Shown here piece by piece: positions 12,650 to 25,020 of a stretch of 64,000 nucleotides of DNA. Origin of the DNA: Pecten maximus (Eukaryota). The notes beneath the pieces were generated by a model. It did not search any database and was not told the DNA's origin. It worked only from the letters and a program-made list of their open reading frames with translations. The translations under genes and the position numbers were made by a program. The stretch spans positions 21,886,001 to 21,950,000 of the forward strand of contig NC_047027.1 in assembly GCF_902652985.1 (NCBI RefSeq), in the 5' to 3' direction. How positions within the stretch are numbered: the first letter of the stretch is position 1; each line of letters opens with the position of its first letter.

Positions 12650-13742
12650 AACCATGGAAATATTACTCTAAAATATTACTCCATACTGTCAAACCATTGA
12701 AATATTACTCCATACTGTCAAACCACTAAAATATTACTCCATACTGTCAAACCACTGAAATATTACTCCATACTGTCAAACCACTAAAATATTACTCCAT
12801 ACTGTCAAACCACTGGAATATTACTCCATACTGTCAAACCACTAAAATATTACTCCATACTGTCAAACCACTGAATATATTACTCCATACTGTCAAACCA
12901 CTGAAATATTACTCTAATATATTACTCCATACTGTCAAACCATTAAAGTATTACTCCATACTGTCAAACCACTAAAATATTACTCCATACTGTCAAACCA
13001 CTAAAATATTACTCCATACTGTCAAACCACTAAAATATTACTCCATACTGTCAAACCACTGAAATATTACTCCATACTGTCAAACCACTAAAATATTACT
13101 CCATACTGTCAAACCACTAAAATATTACTCCATACTGTCAAACCACTAAAATATTACTCCATACTGTCAAACCACTAAAATATTACTCCATACTGTCAAA
13201 CCACTGAATATTACTCCATACTGTCAAACCACTAAAATATTACTCCATACTGTCAAACCACTAAAATATTACTCCATGCTGTCAAACCACTGAAATATTA
13301 CTCCATGCTGTCAAACCACTAAAATATTACTCCATACTGTCAAACCACTAAAATATTACTCCATGCTGTCAAACCACTAAAATATTACTCTATACTGTCA
13401 AACCACTAAAATATTACTCCATGCTGTCAAACCACTAAAATATTACTCCATACTGTCAAACCACTAAAATATTACTCCATACTGTCAAACCACTGAAATA
13501 TTACTCCATACTGTCAAACCATTGAAATATTACTCCATACTGTCAAACCACTGAAATATTAACCCATGCTGTCAAACCAATGAAATATTACTCCATACTG
13601 TCAAACCACTAAAATATTACTCCATGCTGTCAAACCACTGAAATATTAACCCATGCTGTCAAACCAATGAAATATTACTCCATACTGTCAAACCACTAAA
13701 ATATTACTCCATGCTGTCAAACCACTAAAATATTACTCCAAT
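12650..13742. repeat. Minisatellite, 29 bp unit (~37 copies) with decayed flanks to ~14080
   Basis: Unit AAACCACTAAAATATTACTCCATACTGTC; period 29 at 12721/12750. Confidence 0.97.
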
Positions 13743-14509
13743 TTAAAAACAAATGATGAAATATGATTGATTCCCCTCTGATACACTACTCCTTAATGTT
13801 CAACTTCTGAAGCATAGCTCAGTGAAGCACCGAAATATTGGTCCATCCTGATAAATCACCAAAATATCACCCTAATTAAATAATGTAATTTTCTTCCATC
13901 TAAACCACTGAAATATCACTCGTTATCACTCGTTATAAACAATGGAAATATCACCATGCTGATAATTATAACCAGGTACATATATGATATTATAAGTCCC
14001 TGAATAAACCAATTGTTTCTTAATTTAAACCACTAAAATAGCACTCCATGCTGATAAACTACTGAAAACAGTCCACACTGAGCAGGAAGGTATCACTCAA
14101 CGCTCCTAAATCTCTCAACAATTACCGTCAAATTAATAACTTATAAAATACTGAATAACACACTGACAGTCTTTTACATTGATCCCTTTTAGGGTCATTT
14201 GTCTCTTCTACTCCTGCGAACCCAATACATCCTGTGAAGTATCCGATAAAAAAGATAAACATCCTGTTTTTATCCATTGTTTCTCACCTGGGTTTTCTCT
14301 ATTGACTCCTCCTATCATATTTCTCAGTGCTAGGTATCAATGGTATTTTTATGTAAACATTTTTTTTGAAAAACATTAAAAATGTAGACATTTATTTCGT
14401 AAATAAGTATTTTGTTTCACTGACTGTTAAGTTTTACTGATAGTACTATTGTGTAATGAGAAGAATAGGATAAACAAAAGCCTGTTTATTTGTGAGGTTT
14501 TAGTTTAGA

Positions 14510-14794
14510 GTATATCCTGTAATAAGCCCTGGGGGAGGGTGAAAGGAAAAGATGGGGAGAGGGGGAGGTTTTTAGTTTTAGAATACAGAATCCTGACAAT
14601 ATTTATCCTGTTATAAGCCCCGGGGGAGGGGAGGAAGAGTGGGGAGGCAACACATGTAAACTTTTAACTAAATGTAGTTAGGTGTCTTATTGTATGACAA
14701 TTGAAATAATATTTGATAGCCATATTTACTGGGGTGCAACAGACATGAGTGGACTTATTACCAAACATGGGCCTATTATTGAATAAATATGGTA
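14510..14794. mobile_element. Degraded Tc2-like (CCGTA-terminated) MITE remnant(s)
   Basis: Two left-end-like motifs TATCCTGT.ATAAGCCC (14513, 14604) and a right end GGGCCTATTATTGAATAAATATGG-TA (14769-14794). Confidence 0.5.
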
Positions 14795-15068
14795 CCCGTG
14801 ACATTCTTCATCTGGTTTATTAGGTGATTGCTGAGTTTAAAAAAAAAAAAAATTGTTTTCTCTTTCTCAGCCATGCTGCTGTGACTTGCTACCAGAGACA
14901 GGATCCAGCTTGTAGCTCCATTGTTTTATCAAATATAGGTAAGTCTTTGATCTTTAGCTCCACAGGTGTGCTCCTACAATTATCACACCTGGCTTCAAAT
15001 TTCTGCTGCTTTGGATACTGGCATTGTTTTCCTTGAAAGGGAGGCCAGTTCATAGGTTTGGAGGTATA

Positions 15069-15265
15069 CCATATATCATCAAATAAGCCCCCTCCTCAAA
15101 TTTACTTAAAAGACCTTAGAATTAAAGTAAGGGGAGGAAGAATTAAAGTAAGGAGAGGACTTATTTGTGAACCACTTTTAGTTAATATATTTAAAAATTG
15201 ATGACTCCACAACTATAAAGCAGGGGTCTTAATTGTAGGCAGCGACTTAATACAGATAAATACGG
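15069..15265. mobile_element. Tc1/mariner (Tc2-like) MITE with TA target-site duplication
   Basis: TA-CCATATATCATCAAATAAGCCCC ... GACTTAATACAGATAAATACGG-TA; repeated GGGCTTATT-like subterminal motifs. Confidence 0.65.
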
Positions 15266-15774
15266 TACTAGTTTATACTTATTACTTACCTTCATGACAG
15301 TTTTGATGAATACTCGTTTAGAACTGTACCTGTGTTTAGTTGTTTATTGTTCGTTTCTTACCTGTATATAGATTTTGATGAATGTCTAAGAACAATGTTG
15401 TAAGAGAAAATTTGTGTAATTGAATTAAGGTTATTTATCACACCAGGGAGGCAAGTTGTGTATAATTTATCTGGTGTTGTTTATAGGCGACAGATGTATT
15501 CATTACTAGAGGTGTTTATTTGTTTACCTCTTATCAACCCCTTGTTTACCTGTAATTAGTAAATTACCTGTTGTATATAGCATACCTAGGTAACAAATAT
15601 GTTTGTGTAGCATTTTTGTCAGATTTTTGTTATATGGATAATCTTGAAAACCTTCCAATAGGAAAAAAACCATTATATCCTTGAGAGTGAGACTGCAAAA
15701 ATCAGATGTCAACTTTATATCTATTTTACAACAATTATGAAAGTAGTTATATGAACATATATTAATCATGGAAG

Positions 15775-15910
15775 TATGCTAGGAGGAAACCCGAGTACCA
15801 GGAGAAAACCCATGTATTCAGGCAGGTGACCCAATACCTTTTTCATGTACCCATGGGATTCGAACCCCGGCTGCCTAGATGAAAGGCAAGCGTGTTACCA
15901 CTGTGCCATC
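15775..15910 (-). mobile_element. tRNA-derived V-domain SINE, 3'-truncated
   Basis: Reverse complement: A-box TGGCACAGTGG, B-box GGTTCGAATCC, V-domain GGGTTTTCTCCTGGTACTCGGGTTTCCTCC. Confidence 0.85.
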
Positions 15911-16074
15911 AGAAACTATATACCATTGACTATTTTAAATTCATATGCCTCTATGCGATAAATTCAAACAGAGACCTACCATAAATAAGGAAAAAGGGTC
16001 ACAATAAATTTGTTGTCAAAGCATCACACAAAGTGGTGAATGTCTGCTTTGTACAATGTAGTAAGATCTCTTTC

Positions 16075-16298
16075 CAGGGTGCTTTGTATATCTCGGAAGC
16101 TGAGTTCATCGACTGTTCTGTGCTCTCTTGGTTGTGTCCATGGGCATGGCACTTTGCCGTAATTGCTCTGGATGGCATGTATTGGACCTCTGACATGTTG
16201 TTCAGTGAGGTAGCCACCAGCTACTACAAGACTTGACTCTGTCGCAAATTGACCCTAGGTTGTTCATAGAATGATAAACCCAGCAAATGAACAAACCT
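16075..16298 (+). mobile_element. 5'-truncated CORE/Meta-type SINE (same family as 62181)
   Basis: GGTTGTGTCCATGGGCATGGCACTTT (CORE-like), GGATGGCATGT..TGTTGTTCAGTGAGGTAGCCACC (Meta-like), tail GATAAACCCAGCAAATGAACAAAC. Confidence 0.8.
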
Positions 16299-18379
16299 CA
16301 ATATGATACTGAGGTTTATGATTCAAATAAATCTAAACATTACACATGGTTGAATTGCTACAAAGTATAGCTGAATTATTAACTTATCTTGTAAATTAAT
16401 TTCAAATATTTCAATGATTAGAAAATTTACAATGAAGAGTAAAGTAAGTACATTGTACTTCAAAGAGTTGAACTTAAATTATACGAACAAACTAAATTAA
16501 AAATCAGCGCAAACATTTTGAATCGAAAATGTTCTGTGCAAAAAATAGAAAATACTAGTTTGATTATTTCATTCTATTGTCTGTCGAAAAAATGTTAAAT
16601 GATACTGCCACATTATCTTTTTTTTTTGATTTTTGAGAAAGGGTTTTTAAAAGATCTCAAATAACACACTAAATCACTCACTATACATCAAATCTCATTT
16701 GTGAAAAAAAATGCCATGGGAAAGTTCATACCTGAAATTAGCAAGTGAAAAGGTCAACAGGTGAGCAAACGAGTGCAGAGCACAGGTATTGCTTTAAAGC
16801 TGAGTGATGTGTAAGAAAAACAAGACAGTCACTTGTGTTAATCAATATGTCACCTGTAATCAAATTAACAGGTAATTAAGAGGTGTAAATAATCCAGGTG
16901 ACAGGCTGAACTAGATACCTGTGATTGAAATTATGATGAAGATTTAGAACTCAGTAAGAAATGTTATGGAGAATTGGAGAAGATAGTTTCAGGTGAAAAA
17001 AAAAAATTTCCAAGACATGTCAACTCTTGAATAGGTAAGGAGCTTATGTATAGATTACAAACTTACAGATGATTTATTTTGCAAACTTGAAAGAATGATT
17101 ACGCAAAAATCAAATCGCAGGTGAGAATGATTAATTTGTGCAGGTAAACTATTTTGTAGGAATTAAACAGAAGCAGACAGGGTATTACTCAATGCGCATG
17201 CATGCTTTCAACAACTTGGGGTGCCCTGGTCAATTTGTATGAAGCTGAAACCCTAACCCACATGCAGAGAGAAATTTTTACCTGTAATTAACTGACAGGT
17301 ATGAAGTTGAGTAAACAGGGTTTCATCCAGGTGAGATAATGTCCTAATCTGTAATCTACAAGTGATGAGATCAGACAAGGGGAAGGTCACTCTGTGGTCA
17401 GTTATAAGGTAACTCAATAAGCACAGGTGAGTTAATTAGTGTCTACAGGTGAGCTAATCACTGTCTCAGGCATCCTATTACCTTATCTTACCTGACATTG
17501 CTAAAGGAAGCCTTTTCTAATCCCTTGGTCTGTGACGTCTGTACAGGGAGGAACAGTTATTTCTCTTATTATCAGGGGCAGGGATTAAGGGTACATAAGT
17601 GTGTATCAGGTGGATCTCCCTCTAATACAGGTAAACACCAAGTTATTTATAGAACAGATACCTTATCAGGGAGAGTTGAGATGGGTTGTTGTGTACAGAA
17701 GATGGCCATAATCAAATATGTCTAAATTGATTGATTTTGTTGTGAATTTATCTCGTTTTCTAGATTAAACACAGGTTAGAAGTTTATACGGGTTGTGTAC
17801 CTAGATAACAGGTACATTTCTTATCTAAATTCGGACATAAATTTTAAATAAATTCAATAATTAATAAATATTATTTTGATTAATTTCCCAAATGTTATTG
17901 ATAATTAATAACACAAATCTTGTATTGTCGAAGAAGTTTTTTGTTTATAATAATATAAAGGTCTAGACCATTCTGATTCTTTAAATTACCAGTATCAAAC
18001 TCATTTATAAAATCTTACCTGAGCAATTTCACAGCTCAATATTAATCAATTATATGTTTCAAATATTAATCATTTTATTGATAGTTAAATGCTATATAAA
18101 AAATCTTATTCAATATCAAAAGAAATGTTTTGACAAGACTAGGAAGTCTCGAGTCTGATGTAGGTTTTGTTTATCATCAAACTTGAACGGCATTTTTTAC
18201 TTATTCATGTCTGTATGCACATAGCCAATACTATATAAAATTTATCATCAAATTTGTCAAAGTCGAGGTTTGTTAACAGAGCCCCCGCGGCAGTTTCCAG
18301 CTCCCTGGGGATTTGGCTTCTCCGGACTCTATAGCTACGTTAGCATGGCTAGACATGTGCTTGCGTTACTCAAATCAAT

Positions 18380-18600
18380 ACCACAGCAAAATCTGTCAGT
18401 CAAACTGTCAATCATTGTAGCTCCACCCGTAAATAGGCAGGACTTTGTGTGTTTACATAGATGAACCAAGGCTAAACTGCCTTGTCGGTTTGAGCTAGGC
18501 CACGCCTCCTTCGACCAATCAGCACCCAGAGAAGCCGTTCCAGTTGGTGGCTGACAGCGGCTCGCTCGTGAACTGTCAGCAATGTAGATTGCAGGGCAAG
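18380..18600 (+). promoter_or_regulatory. Putative Pol II promoter
   Basis: Local CpG/GC enrichment; KLF/Sp-like GGCCACGCCTCC 18498-18509; CCAAT box 18515-18519 in GACCAATCAG context; several TGACAG/CTGTCA (TALE-type) sites and a TGTTTAC (FOX-type) site; followed by a non-repetitive CpG-rich stretch ending in a donor. Confidence 0.55.
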
Positions 18601-19270
18601 GAGATAGTACACCGAAAATATTAGGAATACACAGTACTGTGTACTACCGTGTACAGTACCTGTCATATTTCGGGATTATAGCACCTTCATGGGATTAAAG
18701 CTAACGGACTGATAACTTATACTGGACTGTTTAAGGCTGTCATTACAGCGAGATGCTTCTGTAGCGCGGGCTCGCATTCGGCACTGCCACCATAGGATAG
18801 GATAGCGAGGTCTTAACTCTAGATTCAGCGTGTGTGTTTACAACGTAAAATTTATATACAGACGTTCTATGTGAATATTGGATTATTATAATATATACCT
18901 GGAACGAATATCTACGACTTTATTCCTTTTAAAGGTGTTGGGTTTGTACATGTGTTACACACGACCCATTGTGATCTTTCTTATCCATGTGGAAAAAGTT
19001 TATTTACAAATCTTGAGACGTACACCATCCCTTCACAATATGGACCAAAGTGAATTGTGATTTAAAGCTGCTGACCATTCTTAAAGTGAAGAAAGGATTT
19101 GCTTGATTTCAAAAGCGGAAAACGTTGTCTGTGTTGCCTCGGGATTTTCCATTTAGGATTGTTATTGTTGGAAAGTAATAGGGAAAATATCATCGGATTA
19201 GTAAATTCTCGTGTCGATAACTTCCAGCGGGATTTATATGGCCGTCTAAGAGCAGATGTGAATACATCAA
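18570..19270 (+). other. Putative non-coding first exon (5' UTR); start approximate
   Basis: CpG-rich unique sequence after the CCAAT box; consensus donor CAA|GTAAGT at 19270/19271; alternative donor CAG|GTCAGA at 19608/19609. Confidence 0.45.
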
Positions 19271-22208
19271 GTAAGTAATGGACGAGAGCGGTCATTTATG
19301 ATATGTATTGGGAGATTAAGCTACGTCTGCTGTAGACCTATAACGCGAGTTACGTGGGGGTCATACACATGTGTATCATTGATGCTGGATCGACAGGGGT
19401 TACACGGGTTGTGTTTTTTGGGATGTGAAAAAAATTGCGCCCTTTTCCTCTTCAATTGAAGGATGCGTTATCTCTTTAGGTCCTTTGAAATACAAGTATT
19501 TTTATCTCTTGTTATCAGGGACTGGATTTACAAATCTAAGTGATTTGAATGATTCTGACAGTACTCTATATACACTTTACCATGGGATGTTTTAACGGGC
19601 TACCTCAGGTCAGATACACGACCGAAACTAATGTCTGTAGTATGTTAGAGTTGTTTATTAAACAGATATTGGGATGTATATAATATACATGTATATAAGT
19701 GATTTAACTTTGCTTCATTTGGAGGCTGATTCATGGGCCGATGAGTGATACAGTGATCATTTCAAAACCTTGTCACTGAACATCAATGTTGCATTATAAT
19801 GTCGAATATATGGTGCCCATCAGTTCAAACTTGTAAAAACTTAGAGAAGGAGTGTTAACGGTTTGCTCTGGGTAAATGGAGTCCCTGTGAGATAAAATGG
19901 GCACCTCTGTACAATTTGAATGGACTTCCTAAAAATACTGCAAGATTTTCTTACTAATGTTTTAAACGGCTATAGGAATGGCTTCAACTAAAACTCTGTA
20001 GATGTAGCCATAGGTTCAGAATTTGCCTTTATCTCTACATAGATTCACAATTTTTCTCATGTCAGGGGCCCCATTTTGAGCCCTTTTGCAGGATTAAACA
20101 AAAAAATTCTTATACAATGCATTATTGTAACAATCTCAAAAACTTCATTATCCCATTAAATTAAAGTCATTGCTTGTCCCCCTGTGGCATATTGCAGAGC
20201 AGAGCTGATATTCTGTTGACTATAGTTCTCTTACAATATCTCCATTTCCATCAAGTCTGCTAGCCAATAATTTTTTTATAAACAATATTACCCTGTACAA
20301 TCTTGCAAACTCTTACTTGGATCCATGAATCAATTGTTCCGTTGAACTAGAAATATATTGTCCTGATCAAAATATTTGTCAGTACAATTATTGATTTTAA
20401 CAATCGCAATGAAATTAATCTTTGGTACTTTCTTGAGAAAATCTTTTATGTAATCCGTCATCATTTGAATTTTTCATTGCTCATCATAGTTACATGTTAA
20501 AGTATGAACTGAAATCAAACTGGCATTTACAAATTATAAAAAGTGTTGTCCATTATTTTGATTTTTATGTGTGATTATCCTCTTAATCAGCTGATGCCTT
20601 ATCTACCGGTAGTCAACCATTTATCACGGAAAGTCATCGTTAAAACTTTAAGATGACCCTGATGTGTTTAATTAAATGAGGTGCTAAGTCTTGTTTTATC
20701 TCTTATCCCGAGGAGAAAAATTAACAATTTACGTGAATAGAGAGAAAAAAGGCAATACAAATTAACATCTTTAGAATTTTTTTCGAAAACAACACGAAAA
20801 CTTGTTCTCGATCTGTACTTAGACATGTGTACAAGTAACCGGCCTTCATCAACAGAAAAAAAATTGATTAGTCGAATTCCAAATGAAGTTACATACCAAC
20901 ATGGAGCCCTGACTAACCGAGTCTGTGTGAAGGCTACATCCTACTTCTAGGGACTGGTATGATGTCAAAACCGAACACGCAAACCTAACGCTAATGATAG
21001 TGTGCTTTACTACGGCAAGATTTTTTGAATTGATAAATAAGAAGATTGTTTGTATGAAGAATCGGTACGGAATATGAATCAATATCTGGAGCCTGAAACA
21101 GATAACAGAGATAAAGATGGAAATGGTTAGGAAATGCAACTCAATTTCTGATGATTATTTTTACGAGGAGCCTGTGATAGTGTTTTATAATATAATTTGC
21201 CTGTGGCTCTGGATCATACCGTAATAGGTGATCAGACAGATTAAAGGCTATACCACTAGCCTGTCTGATCGTAAAACCAATCAAGGTGACAAATAGTTGT
21301 TATAATACTACAAGAAATAAGCTGAATAATTTCTTTGGAGAAGGAGGGATACTCCCTTGTTTCGTTACAGTACAAGAAATTAAATAAGCTTGATTCTGTT
21401 GTTCAAAGATGTACTGATGGCCCCAGTTTTGTACCAAGGGTTTTGTGGTTTTTATACTTCATCAGTTAAACTGTGAATCTTAAAGCTTGTAACCAGAGTT
21501 GTTTTGCTCCCGACCTCTTTCAACAGCTTTTCATTCAAAATGTTTTGATTTAATGAGTGATATTGTTTTTTGCCATAATTAGAAGAAAAAGTACTGAAGA
21601 AAAGTAAAGGGTAACCCCTTCATATCATCATACATTCCACTTTTGAATCTGTAAATCCAGTCGGCATGGTGACATCGATATTAATATATATACTGTACAT
21701 GTGTATTTGAAATGAAAAATTGAAGCTCCTAGCTATATATAGCCTTATGGGTCATTATAATTAATTGCTGACAGTTTTTATTTTATAACAAAACTTGATG
21801 AATTAACTTTACATATACCGGGTAAAAATATTCCCAACAGTCATTCACAATGATTTGGTACAATACTATATTTATAGATCTGAACTCATTTGTTCAAAAT
21901 GATGATAATTTTATATTTCCCCTGCTCCTAAACCTGAAGTACTTAATATCTTGCCTGATGAGGTTTCATCACACCAATAGGTTATGTATGATAACTGCAG
22001 ACTTTCTTTAACATTAATTTGGCTTTGAGCTAAGTGAATAGTTGAGGTCTTGCTCTGTATGTTGCCTTTGATAGCAAATTGCTCTCCAGTCATGGAGGTT
22101 CATTTGAACATTTAACACGTTTTCTAGCAAAGCTCGGTGAAGTAAATAGAGAGCTTGAGCAGGGGTGACAAGACAATTGTTTTATTGATTTCTGGGTAGG
22201 ATAAGGAG

Positions 22209-22492
22209 GAGGGTGGGGCCCCATATAGGGTAATAATACAAGTTGGATGGGGCCCCACATAGGGTAATAATACAAGGTGGGTGTGGCCCCATATATGGTA
22301 ATAATTCAAGGTGGGTGGGGCCCCACATAGGGTAATAATACAAGGTGGGTGTGGCCCCATATAGGGTAATAATACAAGGTGGGTGGGGCCCCACATAGGG
22401 TAATAATACAAGGTGGGTGGGGCCCCATATAGGGTAATAATACAAGGTGGATGGGGCCCCATATAGGGTATAATACAAGATGGATGGGGCTC
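22209..22492. repeat. G-rich minisatellite, 34 bp unit (~8 copies)
   Basis: Unit GGGTAATAATACAAGGTGGGTGGGGCCCCATATA; the YYYPMWGP ORFs are read-throughs. Confidence 0.95.
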
Positions 22493-22884
22493 ATTCTTTA
22501 ACAGTGGCATGCAAGACTGTTTGAGGTGCCTGGGTAGGCGGTCCAGAGTCAGAATCGTGGTTCCGGGTACATATGTATGGGGTTGTGGGTTATTGAACCT
22601 ATCGATTATAACTTCCTAATTTTATTGATTTCTACCATACAAGGTGTGAGAGGTGTCTTTGATGATTGTATATTGATCTGAACAAGATTGCCTGTGGTTG
22701 TCTTACCAGGATCGTCAAGTGTCAAGTATTGATCGCACAGGAAGAGCAGTCTTATAAGGTGAAGGGAAAATTTGCATGAGCTGAGTCTTAGATTCAAGTC
22801 TGCCTTACTAAGCCATGCAGTGTATCAGTGTGGAGAGAGGCTCAGAAGCTTAGAACTAATAGGCAGTGTCCAGATTGTACGAAT

Positions 22885-23200
22885 ATGCAAATAAACATTG
22901 TCAGGGCAGAGCGAGACACTTGATACAAATATGCTTTGTCAGGGCAGAATAAGACACTATTTAATTTGTACAAATATACATTGTCAGGGCAGAGCGAGAC
23001 ACTTGATACAAATATGCTTTGTCAGGGCAGAGAGACACACTTGATACAAATATGCTTTGTCAGGGCAGAATAAGACGCTATTTAATTTGTACAAATATAC
23101 ATTGTCAGGGCAGAGCGAGACACTTGATACAAATATACATTGTCAGGGCAGAACAAGACACTATTTAATTTGTACAAATATACATTGTCAGGGCAGGCTA
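22885..23200. repeat. Minisatellite with 38 and 45 bp unit variants
   Basis: TGTCAGGGCAG at 22899, 22937, 22982, 23020, 23058, 23103, 23141, 23186 (periods 38/45). Confidence 0.92.
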
Positions 23201-23359
23201 TGTGATATTTGATATACATACACTGCCTCAGGATGGAATGAGACACTATTTGTATTTGCTGTCTCTTGGTGTAATGAGAAGACACTAGATGTATGAAAGC
23301 ACTGTTTCGGGATGGATAGAGGCTCAAGATATATGAAAGCACTGTCTCATGATCATGAT

Positions 23360-23566
23360 TTGTTTGTTTGTTTTTGTTTAATGTCCTATGAACAGCCAGG
23401 GTCATTTAAGGACATGCCAGGTTTTGGAGGTGGAGGAAAGCCGGAGTACCCGGCCTACGGTCAGTACCTGGCAACTGCCCCACGTAGGTTTCGAACTCGC
23501 AACCCAGAGGTGGAGGGCTAGTTTTAAAGTGTCCGGACACCTTAACCACTCGGCCACTGCGGCCCC
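23360..23566 (-). mobile_element. Near full-length tRNA-derived V-domain SINE with 12 bp TSD
   Basis: Reverse complement starts GGGGCCGCAGTGGCCGAGTGGTTAAGG (A-box), then GAGTTCGAAAC (B-box), CCGGGTACTCCGGCTTTCCTCC (V-domain) and a (CAAA)n tail; TSD CTGTCTCATGAT at 23342-23353 and 23567-23578. Confidence 0.92.
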
Positions 23567-24942
23567 CTGTCTCATGATGGAAAGTGACTCAAGCTAGCCT
23601 ATATGAAAGCACTGTCTCAGGCCATTCTGTCTCCTATTTGTATGTAAACCTGTAGTCTCGTGATGTGAAATGAGTTTTTCTGAAGAATGCAGCCTGATCA
23701 CATGTATTGATTAGCTCCAACGAAGATTATGTGTAGGGAAGGAAAAGGGGCCAGCAAATATCCCAAGTTCATTACTGCCCCTAATTACGATCTGATGATC
23801 TAGTTAGGGAGTGAAATCAAGGGCGAGATATTGAGATTGGTGGGTACTGTCTAGATTATAGGGACCTACAGGGCGGCAGTGATGACAACAGGGTTCATAT
23901 CAGCTCCAGACCTGTAGGGAATTCGAACTACAGAGACTTAGTGTTGACAACAGGGTGATCATCAGCTACAGGACTGTAGGGAACTACAGGGAGTTACTAC
24001 TAGGGACAATTGTGTAGGCTCCCTAGAGCTATTGTCTACATGGGGTTAGTATCAACAGTTACAACAGGCCAGGGTCCTCCTCAGCACCTGGGGGAAGATC
24101 TAGGGATCATCCTCAGCATCCTCACTAAAGGGTGTAGGACCCCAGGGATCCCTCCAAGCATTGGTTATTAACACAGCCCAGTAAACACCTACATCAAAGC
24201 CGAACATATCACACCATTATTGTTGAAAATTAATTAATATGATACTGAGAGTTGAAATGAAAGCATTCAACACAGGGTACCTGCTCTGCACAACACATAC
24301 AGCTATACATGGTGTAATAATTCCTAGATACCATGGGGATAGCAGGGTGTCGACTCCCAGCTTGTCACTGAGGCTCAGGCAAGGCCAGATTGGCAATGGC
24401 GGATCAAAGGACTAAATTAGACCATTGTTGTTATATTTAATCATGGCCATGTGTCCATCACTGGGTTTAGATTATTACAAAATGGATTTTAATCAGTTGT
24501 GGATGGCTGGTTGAATGGATTCAGATGGCAGGAGTAAAAAAAATGTAGATGTTTGTTGAATGTATGTATTTTCTTTGTTTCTATAAGTTATGATTATTTA
24601 TTTATAATATTAGTATAGTATAAATTTTGAAGATGAATCAAATTGATAATCGTAAATTGTTGTTAAATTTGTATCTTTGAACTGAGCGGGTCATACAAAA
24701 TTTAATGAAGTATATATTATCAAATATGTTTTCCTTCAGGCTGTGAAGAATACACATGCTATTCTCACGAATCTTTGTTGTTTTCTTTTTTATTGAATTA
24801 TTTACTTGAACAAAGGAAAGCCATGTTGATAAGGGAGTTCTGCAAATTCAATAATAGTCAGGCATGTATGAGGACAAATTCAATAAGTTTTATGTTTGTT
24901 GATGGTGCACTGGAACAGATGATGACTTTGGCAGGCAGCTTT

Positions 24943-25020
24943 GGGGAGGGGGGGGGGGGGGGGGGGGGGGGGGTAGTCTGATAGTGTGGGGGGGAGAGGG
25001 GGGGGGGGAGACTGGGGGTT
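24943..25020 (+). repeat. Poly-G tracts
   Basis: A G-run of ~25 nt plus further G runs. Confidence 0.9.

Noticed and set aside
1190-13742. Regular 29-44 bp repeats as possible CRISPR arrays
   Set aside because: Head-to-tail units with no unique spacers, no cas genes, and a eukaryotic context.
2308-18022. Minus-strand donor-like CTTACC sites suggesting a divergent gene
   Set aside because: They mostly fall within CAGGTR clusters and I could not pair them with acceptors and open frames.
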